A DNA stretch of 38,503 nt from Octopus bimaculoides (GCF_001194135.2 NC_068985.1:50429020-50467522); one strand, 5' to 3'. Positions 22,090-33,665 are shown, counted from the stretch's first letter. Program-made: numbers and translations. Notes: a model not told the origin generated them from the sequence alone.

Positions 22090-22260
22090 GTGCCTCACAA
22101 TAACTCGAGAACTACCAAACGGATTTCATTCAAATTTTACACATGCCTTACTTAGGGTCCATGCAATGTCATGGACCCAAAAACGTTTCAGTTTCTTGTC
22201 TATTGCGAGCCCGGAGCAATCTCTTATATCTTACACAGTTTCCGTATTATGTGTTAAAAG
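22051..22260 (+). mobile_element. Helentron/HINE-like non-autonomous element fragment
   Basis: (TGTC)n tract, then ATAACTCGAGAACTACCAAACGGATTTCATTCAAATTTT (DINE-1-like core), and a perfect 9-bp hairpin GGGTCCATG/CATGGACCC (22155-22178). Confidence 0.45.
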
Positions 22261-22269
22261 TGATTAATA

Positions 22270-22790
22270 ATAATAACAGCATCGAAAAATACTTTCGGAA
22301 TGAGAACCCAGGTTTGAAATTTCCCCAAGACACCTGATGAAGGCTGGAGGGTATATCAGCCGAAACGTTGTGTTAACAACAAACAAGATGAGGGCAAATA
22401 TCCGTCAAATGTAAATAATGTACATAATTCCTCATCTCTTAAATATAGATCTATATGGGTCAATATATGAACACAAAACCGGGAAAATATTCACAAACGC
22501 ATATATGAACTGCAAAAGCAGAAATTTATTTGACTGCATCAAATGTCCAAATTGTGAAGAATTACATGTAGGTCCGACTGGAAATGCACTGTCAGAACGT
22601 TCAGGTGTGCACCAACAGCAAGTTAGAGACCCAGGCGTATGTCAGATACCTTTGAATAACCATCTAGCAACATGCGGTCGGAAAATATTTATATTTCCAT
22701 TCTACAAACTACACAGTCCCAGCGAAATTGAAAGAAAAATTAGAGAAAAGAACTTTATTAATAAATTCAAACAATAATACTAATACTTAG
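22270..22790 (+). mobile_element. Penelope-like element remnant: hammerhead-bearing pLTR-like segment + GIY-YIG domain
   Basis: NCKSRNLFDCIKCPNCEELHVGPTGNALSERSGVHQQQVR...HLATC...IFPFYKL...RKIREKNFINKF is a PLE GIY-YIG with CCHH; the hammerhead lies about 80 bp upstream. Confidence 0.8.
22329..22374 (+). ncRNA. Minimal type I hammerhead ribozyme motif
   Basis: GACAC-CTGATGA-A-GGCTG-gagggtatat-CAGCC-GAAAC-GTT-GTGTT. Stem I 5 bp (one G-U), stem II 5 bp, extra A after A9, loopless palindromic stem III (ACGT), GUU triplet. Confidence 0.8.
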
Positions 22791-22940
22791 ATGTACTATT
22801 TCTACTGCAGCGACCACCACCACTAACAACAACAACAACAATACTAAAGGTGCTCATTATGACGATAGCAGGAAAATACTAGCTAAGTCAAAATAAAAGT
22901 TAGTAAAAATCATTTTATTTTTGGGTTTAAAGTTCATATT

Positions 22941-22971
<31 letters not shown>

Positions 22972-23513
22972 AAACAACGACGACGACGACAACAACAACA
23001 ACAACAATAAAAGAGATGATAATGATGATGATGATGATAACTGAAATGTAAAAATCCCTGGGAAATGTTTACAACACTTCTAAAAATAGTCCAACGATTA
23101 CTGCTTTGGCCAGGGTCAAAATACAGGTCTCTTGACATGCTCAACAAATCGTGACGCCTAAACCAACTAATTTAGTTAAATCACACACTGATTGGTTAGA
23201 ATACAGATTTCAAAAGTTAATATTCTGGAGCCTATACAAATGTATTTGAGGCACACAGTTTAGCCATCTCACCACAGTTGTAAATTGTAAAACATAACTG
23301 TTATCACGACTACATGAACTTGAAGATTGCATAGTTTAATGCATGAAAGTACTAGTTCAATCAGAATGGACATTTAATATTCAATTATTTCTTTATATTA
23401 TATTATATTATATTATATTATATTATATCATTAAAAGATTGTAAATAAAACGTGAAAATCAAAGTTGGAATTTCTTTGAGTAATATATTCTTCTATACAC
23501 AGTCATACACACC

Positions 23514-23562
<49 letters not shown>

Positions 23563-24465
23563 TATATGCATATATACATGCATATATGTACATACTTACA
23601 TATAGAAAATACGAAAACATGAATTACGAAATACGAAAACATGAATTACGAAATACGAATACATGGAATATGAACTATTTTACGACGCCACGCATCCATT
23701 TCCAAGTAAGTTATTTCTTAATAATCCTGATGGGACACTTCCATTCTATTCTATTACTCTTTCGTTTTCTCTCTTCCTTTCAATAATTCTTTTTATCTCC
23801 TCCTCTCCCCCTCTCGTTTTTTCTCGCGTATCCTTCCTCTCATTCTTTTCCTCTCTCCTTTGCCGTTCTCTGTCTGTCACTCTCTCTCCCTCACTCTTTC
23901 TCCTTTGCTCTCTCGTTGCTCCCACGTGACCATCGGTCGTCTTTCTTTTCCTAACTTATGTTTCTTTCTTTCCTTCTGACTCAGCTGGAGGGATCAGTCT
24001 ATCTCCTGTCCAAGCTTACTCCTCCGCGTTCGCCACCTCACCTCGTTTAGGCTTAGCAGCACTTCCTGTTTGTTTTCACTGTCCTGTTTTTGTTACCAAT
24101 TTTGACCCTCCGCAAAATCCCAAATTTAATTTAATTTGCTTTGCGGAAGCAACTGTTTTATCGAAGTCGTATCTTGTCGTTGAATTGTTTGAAATACGGA
24201 TTAGAAAAACAGCCGAGAACTAATGAAAGATCGTTCTTTGTGTTGCTTGTCTTGTTTTCCATTTGTTTCTTTCCTTGTTCGCAAAAAAAAGTTCATATTC
24301 GATGTATTCGTATTTCGTAATTCATATTTTCGTATTTTATGTTGTTTACGTTCTCTGAAGCCCTGCGCCCACATATGCATATGTATATACGTATATATGT
24401 AAGTATGTATATACGTATATATGTAAGTATGTACATATACGTATGTATATATGCATATATATATT
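23563..24465. mobile_element. Fold-back/MITE-like segment with long inverted repeats
   Basis: 23629-23681 (AAATACGAAAACATGAATTACGAAATACGAATACATGGAATATGAACTATTTT) matches the reverse complement of 24285-24337 with 3 mismatches. A second, outer AT-rich arm pair lies at 23563-23603 and ~24418-24460. Confidence 0.65.
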
Positions 24466-24522
24466 ATTTATATTATATGATTGAATGCCACGAATCCATT
24501 TCCAACTAAATTTTATATAGAT

Positions 24523-24555
<33 letters not shown>

Positions 24556-24556
<1 letters not shown>

Positions 24557-24672
24557 GTCTACGTTTTGTTTGCAATGTCCTGTACCCAGATATGCACCTA
24601 TATATACAGGTAGACGTAGGTATGCACATACCTGTACGTATATATGCATATACTCATTTATTATTTGTTTTA
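24556..24672 (+). repeat. 117-bp direct repeat, copy 1 (copy 2 at ~25312-25427)
   Basis: TGTCTACGTTTTGTTTGCAATGTCCTGTACCCAGATATGCACC...ACTCATTTA.TATTTGTTTTA is near-identical in both copies. Confidence 0.92.
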
Positions 24673-24765
24673 CATGATCGAACGCCTGCGTCATTCCCTG
24701 TAAGTAGTTTTGAACTTAATATTTTCTGACGCGACTCTATCTATCTCTATCTCTATCTCGTTCTT

Positions 24766-24990
24766 CCCCCTCTCGTTCTTCCTTCTGTTACTACTACGTA
24801 TCTCTCTCTTTACCCCTCTTGTTCTTCCTTCTGTTACTACTATATCTCTCTCTTTACCCCCTCTCGTTCTTCCTTCTGTTACTACTACGTATCTCTCTCT
24901 TTACCCCTCTTGTTCTTTCTTCTGTTACTACTATATCTCTCTCTTTCCCCCCTCTCGTTCTTCCTTCTGTTACTACTATATTTCTCTCTT
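24766..24990. repeat. Minisatellite of ~45-46 bp units in a 91-bp A-B higher-order repeat
   Basis: CTCTCGTTC recurs at 24770, 24861 and 24952; alternating TCG/TACG and TTG/TATA variants give A-B-A-B-A'. Confidence 0.9.
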
Positions 24991-25311
24991 CCTCTCTTTC
25001 TCTCGTTGCTCACCTATTTTCCACTTCCTCTCCTAGTTTCTCCCTCTACCACTCTCTCTTCCTTACCCCTCGTGCTCATATGTGTCCACGTACTAATTCT
25101 TTTCTTCCTTGGCTATCGCCAAGCAAACACGCGAACTACTTCGTCCCGCTTCCAGTTCGTTGCTTCACAGCGTTCCACATACACATAATTTTTCACGTCT
25201 GGCCGTATAGCCTTTTCTGTTTGTTTTCCTGTCTTGTTTTCTTTTCCGTTTGTTTTCCTGTCTTGTTTTCTGTCCGCCACTACANNNNNNNNNNGTTATT
25301 ATTATTTTTTG

Positions 25312-25427
25312 TCTACGTTTTGTTTGCAATGTCCTGTACCCAGATATGCACCTATATATACAGGTAGGCGTAGGTATGCACATACCTGTACGTATATATG
25401 CATATACTCATTTACTATTTGTTTTAT
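25312..25427 (+). repeat. 117-bp direct repeat, copy 2
   Basis: Near-identical to 24556-24672; begins just after a 10-N gap. Confidence 0.92.
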
Positions 25428-25437
25428 ATACATATAT

Positions 25438-25483
<46 letters not shown>

Positions 25484-25714
25484 GTATATACATGTTTATA
25501 TGAGTGCGATTATATGTATACATACAAACATATTTTATGTGTGTGTGTGTATGTGTGTGTGTGTGTGATGCAGTCAGTAGTCAGGGCGTAATGAATTTTG
25601 CAGGCTGTCGATTTAGGTCACATAACGTCTATTATGCAACTGTAGCATAATGTCACAACATAACTTGTTATGTATATGTATGCGTTTGCGCACGGGTGTG
25701 CGCGTATGTGTGTA

Positions 25715-25762
<48 letters not shown>

Positions 25763-25893
25763 CGTGTGTGTGTGTATGTGTGTGTACACGCGGGCCTACG
25801 TAAAAGTTGCATTGCATATTGTGGTTTCAGATAAATTACGGTTGAAACAGGGTTGGGCTAGCTCGAAAGCTTTTCATAATTGGCCTGCTCAGG

Positions 25894-25924
<31 letters not shown>

Positions 25925-27483
25925 GCACACACACAGAGTCATATATACTTATAGATATATATACATATATACACACACGCAGACATGCAAGTATATGTCT
26001 GGGTGTTTATGTATAAGTGTATATATATATAGGTCGACTATTCAAATGGCTTGATGAAACACTCCCTTAACACCCCACCACCTCTCAACTCCACCCCCAA
26101 TGAAATATTTTGTGTTGACCATTCAACTATTTTCTTTCAGCTAACATTCAGCAGCTGTCTGTCATTCACACACTAATTTACAAAGCCCAACCCCACCTAG
26201 ATCCCATATATAGAATCACAAAGCCCAAAATTCTCAGGTCCCTGTTTGACAACGAATGCGAGAAAGTTCTCCCAAAAAGTTAGCAATGATTTTTTTGAAA
26301 AAATCTCGGCACTTAAGTTAAAAAAGAACTTACGAAATCTATGAGCTAAATATATATATATATATATANNNNNNNNNNNNNNNNNNNNNNNNNNNNNNNN
26401 NNNNNNNNNNNNNNNNNNNNNNNNNNNNNNNNNNNNNNNNNNNNNNNNNNNNNNNNNNNNNNNNNNNNNNNNNNNNNNNNNNNNNNNNNNNNNNNNNNNN
26501 NNNNNNNNNNNNNNNNNNNNNNNNNNNNNNNNNNNNNNNNNNNNNNNNNNNNNNNNNNNNNNNNNNNNNNNNNNNNNNNNNNNNNNNNNNNNNNNNNNNN
26601 NNNNNNNNNNNNNNNNNNNNNNNNNNNNNNNNNNNNNNNNNNNNNNNNNNNNNNNNNNNNNNNNNNNNNNNNNNNNNNNNNNNNNNNNNNNNNNNNNNNN
26701 NNNNNNNNNNNNNNNNNNNNNNNNNNNNNNNNNNNNNNNNNNNNNNNNNNNNNNNNNNNNNNNNNNNNNNNNNNNNNNNNNNNNNNNNNNNNNNNNNNNN
26801 NNNNNNNNNNNNNNNNNNNNNNNNNNNNNNNNNNNNNNNNNNNNNNNNNNNNNNNNNNNNNNNNNNNNNNNNNNNNNNNNNNNNNNNNNNNNNNNNNNNN
26901 NNNNNNNNNNNNNNNNNNNNNNNNNNNNNNNNNNNNNNNNNNNNNNNNNNNNNNNNNNNNNNNNNNNNNNNNNNNNNNNNNNNNNNNNNNNNNNNNNNNN
27001 NNNNNNNNNNNNNNNNNNNNNNNNNNNNNNNNNNNNNNNNNNNNNNNNNNNNNNNNNNNNNNNNNNNNNNNNNNNNNNNNNNNNNNNNNNNNNNNNNNNN
27101 NNNNNNNNNNNNNNNNNNNNNNNNNNNNNNNNNNNNNNNNNNNNNNNNNNNNNNNNNNNNNNNNNNNNNNNNNNNNNNNNNNNNNNNNNNNNNNNNNNNN
27201 NNNNNNNNNNNNNNNNNNNNNNNNNNNNNNNNNNNNNNNNNTTTATATATATATATTTATATTTATATATTTATATATTTGATCCTTTATATTGAACACT
27301 CAATATTTCATCTACATTCAATACTTTCTTTCATGGTGCCATCCATTTTTATTTTATTTTATTTTATATTGTATATTGTATATCATATTATATATTGTAT
27401 ATTCCATATTCTATACCCCACATTAGTTCTGCAGGAATATAAATAAAACATAAAAAACAGACAGTGTTGGAACTCTTTTAAGC

Positions 27484-27519
<36 letters not shown>

Positions 27520-27540
27520 TCTCTCTGTATATATATATAT

Positions 27541-27712
27541 ACGACGGGCTTCTTTCAGCTTCCTTCTGCCAAATCCGCTCGCAAGGCTTTGGTCAGCCTG
27601 AGGCTATTGTAGAAAATACACTTGCACAAGGTGCCACGCAGTGGGACTGAACCCGGCAGCATGTGGTTGGGAAGCAAGCTTCTTACCACACACCCACACT
27701 CACCAACCTTCC
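27541..27712 (-). mobile_element. SINE family 2, 5' tRNA-like head and central domain
   Basis: Reverse complement: GTGTGGTAAGAAGCTTGCTTCCCAACCACATG...GGGTTCAGTCCCACTGCGTGGCACCTTGTGCAAGTG (A-box/B-box-like plus a CORE-like segment). Confidence 0.85.
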
Positions 27713-27764
27713 CAACCACGCGCGCACGCATATATAGGCAGAAAAAGGAGCCATTGTTGAAATG

Positions 27765-27898
27765 AGACATCGTAACATTATTTGTGATCAGCTTTTCAAA
27801 CGCTTTTCAGGGTTCAAAAGTCATTTAAGATCTCAAGCTAGGAAAGAGCAATTGGAAGTAGAAGAAGAGATCAAACTCTGCAAGGATCACATATTCAT

Positions 27899-27900
<2 letters not shown>
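27765..27900 (+). mobile_element. Probable LINE (RTE-like) 3' tip with degenerate C2H2-like motif, ending in (TG)n
   Basis: IICDQLFKRFSGFKSHLRS resembles the CxxC..CKS..GL.SHxR.H tails of RTE ORFs. Confidence 0.4.
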
Positions 27901-27947
<47 letters not shown>

Positions 27948-28083
27948 ATGTATGTATGTGTGTATTATGTATGCATGTATGTATGTATGTATGCATGTAT
28001 GTATGTATGTATGTATGTATGCATGTACATATGTATGTATGTATGTATGTAAGTATGTATGTATGATGTATGCATGTATATGT
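27900..28083. repeat. (TG)n-(TATG)n compound microsatellite
   Basis: Direct reading. Confidence 0.95.
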
Positions 28084-28549
28084 AACTGCAAGAACAGCAC
28101 CACTCTTACAAACCCATTAACGTGCTGGCCTAGACTGGTATTGTTTAATCGATCCAGAAATGATTTAAATCGGTGAGACTTCAGAACGTAGAGGCATTAT
28201 ATTCAACATTATGAGAACTCTACCTGTGAGCTGCTATATTTTACTTTTTCCTTATTTATTTATTTATTTATTTATTTATTCATTTATTTATTTATTTCCA
28301 TACGTGCAATAGAATGGTTGTGACTATTCACTTTTCCAGTCGCAGTCACACAAAATATGACAACAAATGTTATCTGGACACATTTCTTGGTATAACCATG
28401 AAGTAAAGACCACTTCACTTGTCACTACAGCTTCCTTTCACGGCCCTTGTCTCAGCACTCGAAGTAGAATCGGAGTTTCTGAGATGGTACTTCCAACAAC
28501 GAATCTCTTGTTCATAATGGCCTATATCTACAGAGGCCAGGAACCTTTG

Positions 28550-28585
<36 letters not shown>

Positions 28586-28651
28586 NNNNNNNNNNNNNNN
28601 NNNNNNNNNNNNNNNNNNNNNNNNNNNNNNNNNNNNNNNNNNNNNNNNNNN

Positions 28652-28687
<36 letters not shown>

Positions 28688-28699
28688 CTACTTATGTTT

Positions 28700-29560
28700 A
28701 ATAAAAAAATAACTTATGTGTCTAAGTTTAAGCATCTTCGCCTTCGAAATAGTCACATTGCCCAGCAATGCTTCGGTCCCAGCATTTCTACCACTTTTGG
28801 AATCCGGCCTGGAAGTCGTTTTGCGTTAGCGAATTGAGGACGTTCTGCGATTCGCTCTGGATCTCGACAACGGTATTAAAACAGCGACCTCTGAGCTGCA
28901 TTTTCATCTTGAAGACCAGATAGAAGTCCGCAAGTGCTAAATCTGATAAACAAGGCAGATTCGGAGGCGATGCCATGTTGTTTTTGGTGAGAAACTAACG
29001 AATGATGAGAGCTCGATGAAGAATCCAATTCTTCGTACGGCACAAATCCTGTCGCGTTGGCCGAATATCCTCCCTCAAACACTTCAAAATGTCGCAGTAG
29101 AACGCTCGATTGATGGTCTGACCCTAGGGGACGAATTCTCGATGCACAATATCATATTTCCGAGGTTTATGCTCTTGGTAGGTCTTCCGGATCGCTCATC
29201 GCCTTCCAGGAACGTTCTTCTGCTTTCGAAGAGCCCGTGCCACCCAAAACATTGCATACAACCCATTGCCTCGCCGTAAGCTTGCCGGTGCTTGCTCAAT
29301 ATCTCTGTAGCGGACTTGCTAAGTTTAACGCAAAATTTCGCGCTAGCTCTTTGTTCCTGTCCATGAAAAAATCGCATACTACAGCATACACTTTAACACA
29401 AAGACACAAATTTCACAATTTGCAAACTGAGCACAGAGATGTTACTTGGCACACTCTCCCATGAAGGTCACTACTAGCCCTCATTGCGCACGCCACCGTG
29501 TGCTGCCAACTGACGGCGCGCTACAGACCTAGACAGTGAACTTTGTTATACCATCTCATA
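28700..29560 (-). mobile_element. Mariner (DD34D) element, internally deleted, one TIR retained
   Basis: EQRASAKFCVKL.KSATE...DERSGRP (N-terminus), IVHREFVP*GQTIN..FYC, SDLALADFYL..KMKMQL.GR.F (YSPDLAP.DF) and DYFEG. TIR-like TA-TGAGATGGTATAACAAAGTTC at 29538-29560. Confidence 0.88.
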
Positions 29561-29618
29561 TACACACACACGCACACACATATACATACATACGTACATA
29601 CATACATACATACATAAC

Positions 29619-29940
29619 TGGCACTCCGTCGGTTACGACGATGAGTGTTCCCGTTGATCTGATCAACGGAACAGCCTGCTCGTGAAATTAACGTGCAAGT
29701 GGCTGAGCAATCCGCAGACACGTGCACCCCTAACGTAGTTCTCAGGGAGACCCAGCGTGACACAGAGTGTGACAAGGCTGGCCTTATGAAATACACGTAC
29801 AACTCATTTTGCCAGTTTAGTGGACTGGAGTAACTTGAAATAAAATGTCTTGCCCAAGAACATAACACGTCCCTGGGTATCGAACTCATGACCTTACGAT
29901 TGTAACCCGAATGCCCTAACCACTAAGCCATGCGCCTTCA
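29619..29940 (-). mobile_element. tRNA-derived SINE family 3, full length, within (TACA)n
   Basis: Reverse complement: GGCGCATGGCTTAGTGGTTAGGGCATTCGG (A-box), GAGTTCGATACC (B-box), TCTTGGGCAAGACA central domain; flanked by (TACA)n on both sides. Confidence 0.88.
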
Positions 29941-29977
29941 TACATACATACATACATACATATGAATTGATTTGTTT

Positions 29978-30184
29978 GATGGTTTGTATTGATTTAGTTT
30001 GATCGTTTATAGAGATTCAGTTCGACGTTTTGTATTGATTTAGTTCAATGGTTTGTATTCATTTAGTTTGATGGTTTGACTTTTTATTGTTCGATGGTTT
30101 ATATTGATTTAGTTCCATCGTTCACGTTGGTTAAGCCTGATAGTTTGTACAGATTTAGTTTGATTATTTCTATTAAGTTTGTAT
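29978..30184. repeat. Degenerate 23-bp minisatellite (~9 units)
   Basis: Units start at 29978, 30001, 30024, 30047, 30070, 30093, 30116, 30139 and 30162; consensus about GATGGTTTGTATTGATTTAGTTY. Confidence 0.85.
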
Positions 30185-30574
30185 GATGCTTTGCACTGTG
30201 CCGTCCAATGGATTGGTTTAAAATTTAGCTTGAAATAAAATGGTGATTCATGTGTAAGGAAGTGGTTTGTAGCTAGGGTATTGCTCCGTATCTGGGTCAT
30301 TAATTTATAAGATGGTCAAACTAATTTGTAATGTATTCTTAGAGTAGATGGCTGGGTCGTGAATATATCAATGGTTAGGAAAAGAAAGAAAAAACAGGTT
30401 GTTTTACTGAGAATTACTAATGGGCAGATTTAAATTAAGATGGCGTTTTAGACAAAAAGCAAAAAAAAACAAAAAAACTAAGCTTGCTGTTTGATATATT
30501 TATCGATTTAAATTTTTTAATTCAGCCTTTGTCATAAGAATATTTCATCTGAGAACAGAGTGCTACTTACATAT

Positions 30575-30752
30575 AAACACATACATACATACATAATACA
30601 TACATACATACATACATACATTAATACACACACACACATACATACATACATACATACATACATACATGTGTACGTACATACAAGCACATACAAACTTTCT
30701 CTGTCCCTCACTCACTCAACCTTCTGTTCTGTCGCTCGAACGTATGTTCTTG

Positions 30753-30813
<61 letters not shown>

Positions 30814-31016
30814 ACACGCATCTATATATATATATACACATACATACATCAGCGCGCGCACATATGCACACACATACAGACACACGTACAAACGTACAGA
30901 CATACTCACATACATACATGCAATCTGTTCTATCACAAAATGTTTGTCTCCCACACATTTCGTGTTTAATTATCTCATGAAGCAATCTATTCGAAATAAA
31001 TGAATGAATGAATGAA

Positions 31017-31088
<72 letters not shown>

Positions 31089-31835
31089 CAGGGAGTGATT
31101 TAAAAAGGGACAATGATGAAGAAAATCAACAAATATGAAAAAAAAATGAAATACTCTTTGAAGTATGTAGGTGAGGGAGGGGTTAGGGGTATGGCGGGTA
31201 TGTGGGTTGCAGGGTGAAAGAGGTTGACAGAGTAATAACATAGTGAAGGGAGGAGGTAAAGGTGGTGGTGGGTCAAATAATATATAGAAAATGTCCATCA
31301 AGGAAAAGTAATCCACTTTCGAGGTTCCATTACTGTACGATTGAGATGTTTTAAAATAGTTTTGGGCGTGTGCGAGTAATGCGTAGTAAGTGTGTGTGTG
31401 TGTGTGTGTGTCTGTGTCTGTGTGTGTGTGTGTCTGTGTGTGTCTGTGTGTGTGTGTCTGTGTGTGTCTGTGTGTGTCTGTGTGTGTGAGCGCGCGTGTG
31501 TTTGCGTGCGTGTGTGTGTGCGCGTATGTGTATGCATGTGCGTGTAAATGCACGCACGCGTTCGTATGTCGGTGTAGGTGTGTGCGTGTTTGTGCTTGTC
31601 TGAGTGTGTGTGTGCGCGAGCGTGTATGCACAACGGTGTGCGCATGTGTGTGTGTGTTAGTGTATGCGTGTATGTATTTGTGTTAGTGTGTCTGTTAGAG
31701 TATGCATGCAGCAGCGTGTGTGTTTTAGTGCGTATACGTGTTAGTGTGAGCGTTAGAGTATGCATATGTGTATTAGAACATATATGCATGTATATGTGCA
31801 ATATTCTGTGTGGGTATGTGTGTGTGTGTACGTGC

Positions 31836-31872
<37 letters not shown>

Positions 31873-31900
31873 TGTGTATGAGTGTGTTCATATGACGGGG
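30575..31900. repeat. Cluster of compound microsatellites: (CATA)n, (CA)n, (AAT)n, (TG)n/(TGTC)n
   Basis: Direct reading; accounts for the His/Thr, Cys/Val and poly-Tyr ORFs. Confidence 0.9.
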
Positions 31901-32493
31901 ACTTTTCTAAATATTTATGTGTATATATATGTATGTGAATACAGGACTGAACATGTATTANNNNNNNNNNNNNNNNNNNNNNNNNNNNNNNNNNNNNNNN
32001 NNNNNNNNNNNNNNNNNNNNNNNNNNNNNNNNNNNNNNNNNNNNNNNNNNNNNNNNNNNNNNNNNNNNNNNNNNNNNNNNNNNNNNNNNNNNNNNNNNNN
32101 NNNNNNNNNNNNNNNNNNNNNNNNNNNNNNNNNNNNNNNNNNNNNNNNNNNNNNNNNNNNNNNNNNNNNNNNNNNNNNNNNNNNNNNNNNNNNNNNNNNN
32201 NNNNNNNNNNNNNNNNNNNNNNNNNNNNNNNNNNNNNNNNNNNNNNNNNNNNNNNNNNNNNNNNNNNNNNNNNNNNNNNNNNNNNNNNNNNNNNNNNNNN
32301 NNNNNNNNNNNNNNNNNNNNNNNNNNNNNNNNNNNNNNNNNNNNNNNNNNNNNNNNNNNNNNNNNNNNNNNNNNNNNNNNNNNNNNNNNNNNNNNNNNNN
32401 NNNNNNNNNNNNNNNNNNNNNNNNNNNNNNNNNNNNNNNNNNNNNNNNNNNNNNNNNNNNNNNNNNNNNNNNNNNNNNNNNNNNNNNNNNNNN

Positions 32494-32535
<42 letters not shown>

Positions 32536-33139
32536 GTTATACACACACGCACAGCTATTCGCTCGCAATCACACACACAGCATAGTCGGAGAAAGAAAGG
32601 GGTTTGCAATGAGCGAACCGAAGTTAACTCTTCTCCGATACAATGACATGTCATTGACATATGTGAGGCCAAGCTGTCAAAATAAATATACCGTAATCCT
32701 TTCTCGATTAAGTAAGGATTATTTCTTCCTGCTGCCATCATCGTCGTCGTCGTCGCCGCTTTCATGGTCGCCCTTGTCGTCATCTTTGTCATTCTGAATG
32801 TGGAAACGCCATCCTCGACGTTCTCATCGTTATCAGTCTATGACGTCATTGTCGTCTTTATAGTTTTCTTAAAATATCATTTTAATGTCTTAGTCAAAGA
32901 AAGAAGGGCGGCGTCCATCACGTTTTACAGGGCGTCCGAAAGCAGGGAACAGAGAAAGACGTGATCCTTAGACTAGTGACATGGATCGAATGCTTGCAGT
33001 GGAATGGACTCTTCCAAAAGCGCCCAGCAATTAGCAAGGATCAAGTGGAAGTATTGAACTGGGCAATGAATTAAGCCTACCATCTAATTACTGATTCAAA
33101 TACCTTGTAAACTATACTGTCTTCGTCTAACCAATTACA

Positions 33140-33240
33140 TTCACAAGGAACTATTTTAGAAGACACACTGTGTCAAAGTACCACGCCGAGGGATCAAACC
33201 CAGTAACATGTGAATACAAAGCAAACTTCTTTACAACATG
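33140..33240 (-). mobile_element. Degenerate SINE family 2 head
   Basis: AGAAGACAC...CAAAGTACCACGCCGAGGGATCAAACCC parallels 27610-27660. Confidence 0.5.
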
Positions 33241-33444
33241 GTTTTATTTGAGTCCTCACGTAAGCTTTGGTATTTTTATCTGTATTTCATCAACATTATA
33301 GCATCGTTGCCACCTTCGTTGTTGAAGTTATTGTTGTTTTACCGTCGACGGCTTTGTCGCTGTATTTGTCACTGTCGTTGAACATTAGCCATTCTACTCC
33401 TCGTTCTCTTCCTTTTATCGTCCAATTACTCTTGCAACTTGCAT

Positions 33445-33665
33445 CACCTTCCTCCTCCTCCTCCTCCTCCTCTTCCTCCTCCTCCTCCTCATCATCATTA
33501 TCATCATCATCATCATCACCATCGTCGTCATCGTCGTCGTCATCACTGTTGTTATCATCGCCATCGTCGTCGTCATCATCACCATCATCATCGTTATCAT
33601 TGTCCTCGTCGTCATCATCAATCATTATCATTGTCCTTCCATAATCATTATCATCACCACCATCC
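33445..33665. repeat. (TCC)n-(TCA/TCG)n trinucleotide microsatellite
   Basis: Direct reading. Confidence 0.95.

Noticed and set aside
24766-24990. CRISPR-like array (also considered for 29978-30184)
   Set aside because: Units are contiguous with no unique spacers, there are no cas genes, and the context is eukaryotic.
27541-27712. tRNA genes at SINE heads (also 8794, 29880-29940, 36678, 36901)
   Set aside because: A/B boxes are present but there is no complete cloverleaf or acceptor stem, and each continues into a SINE body.
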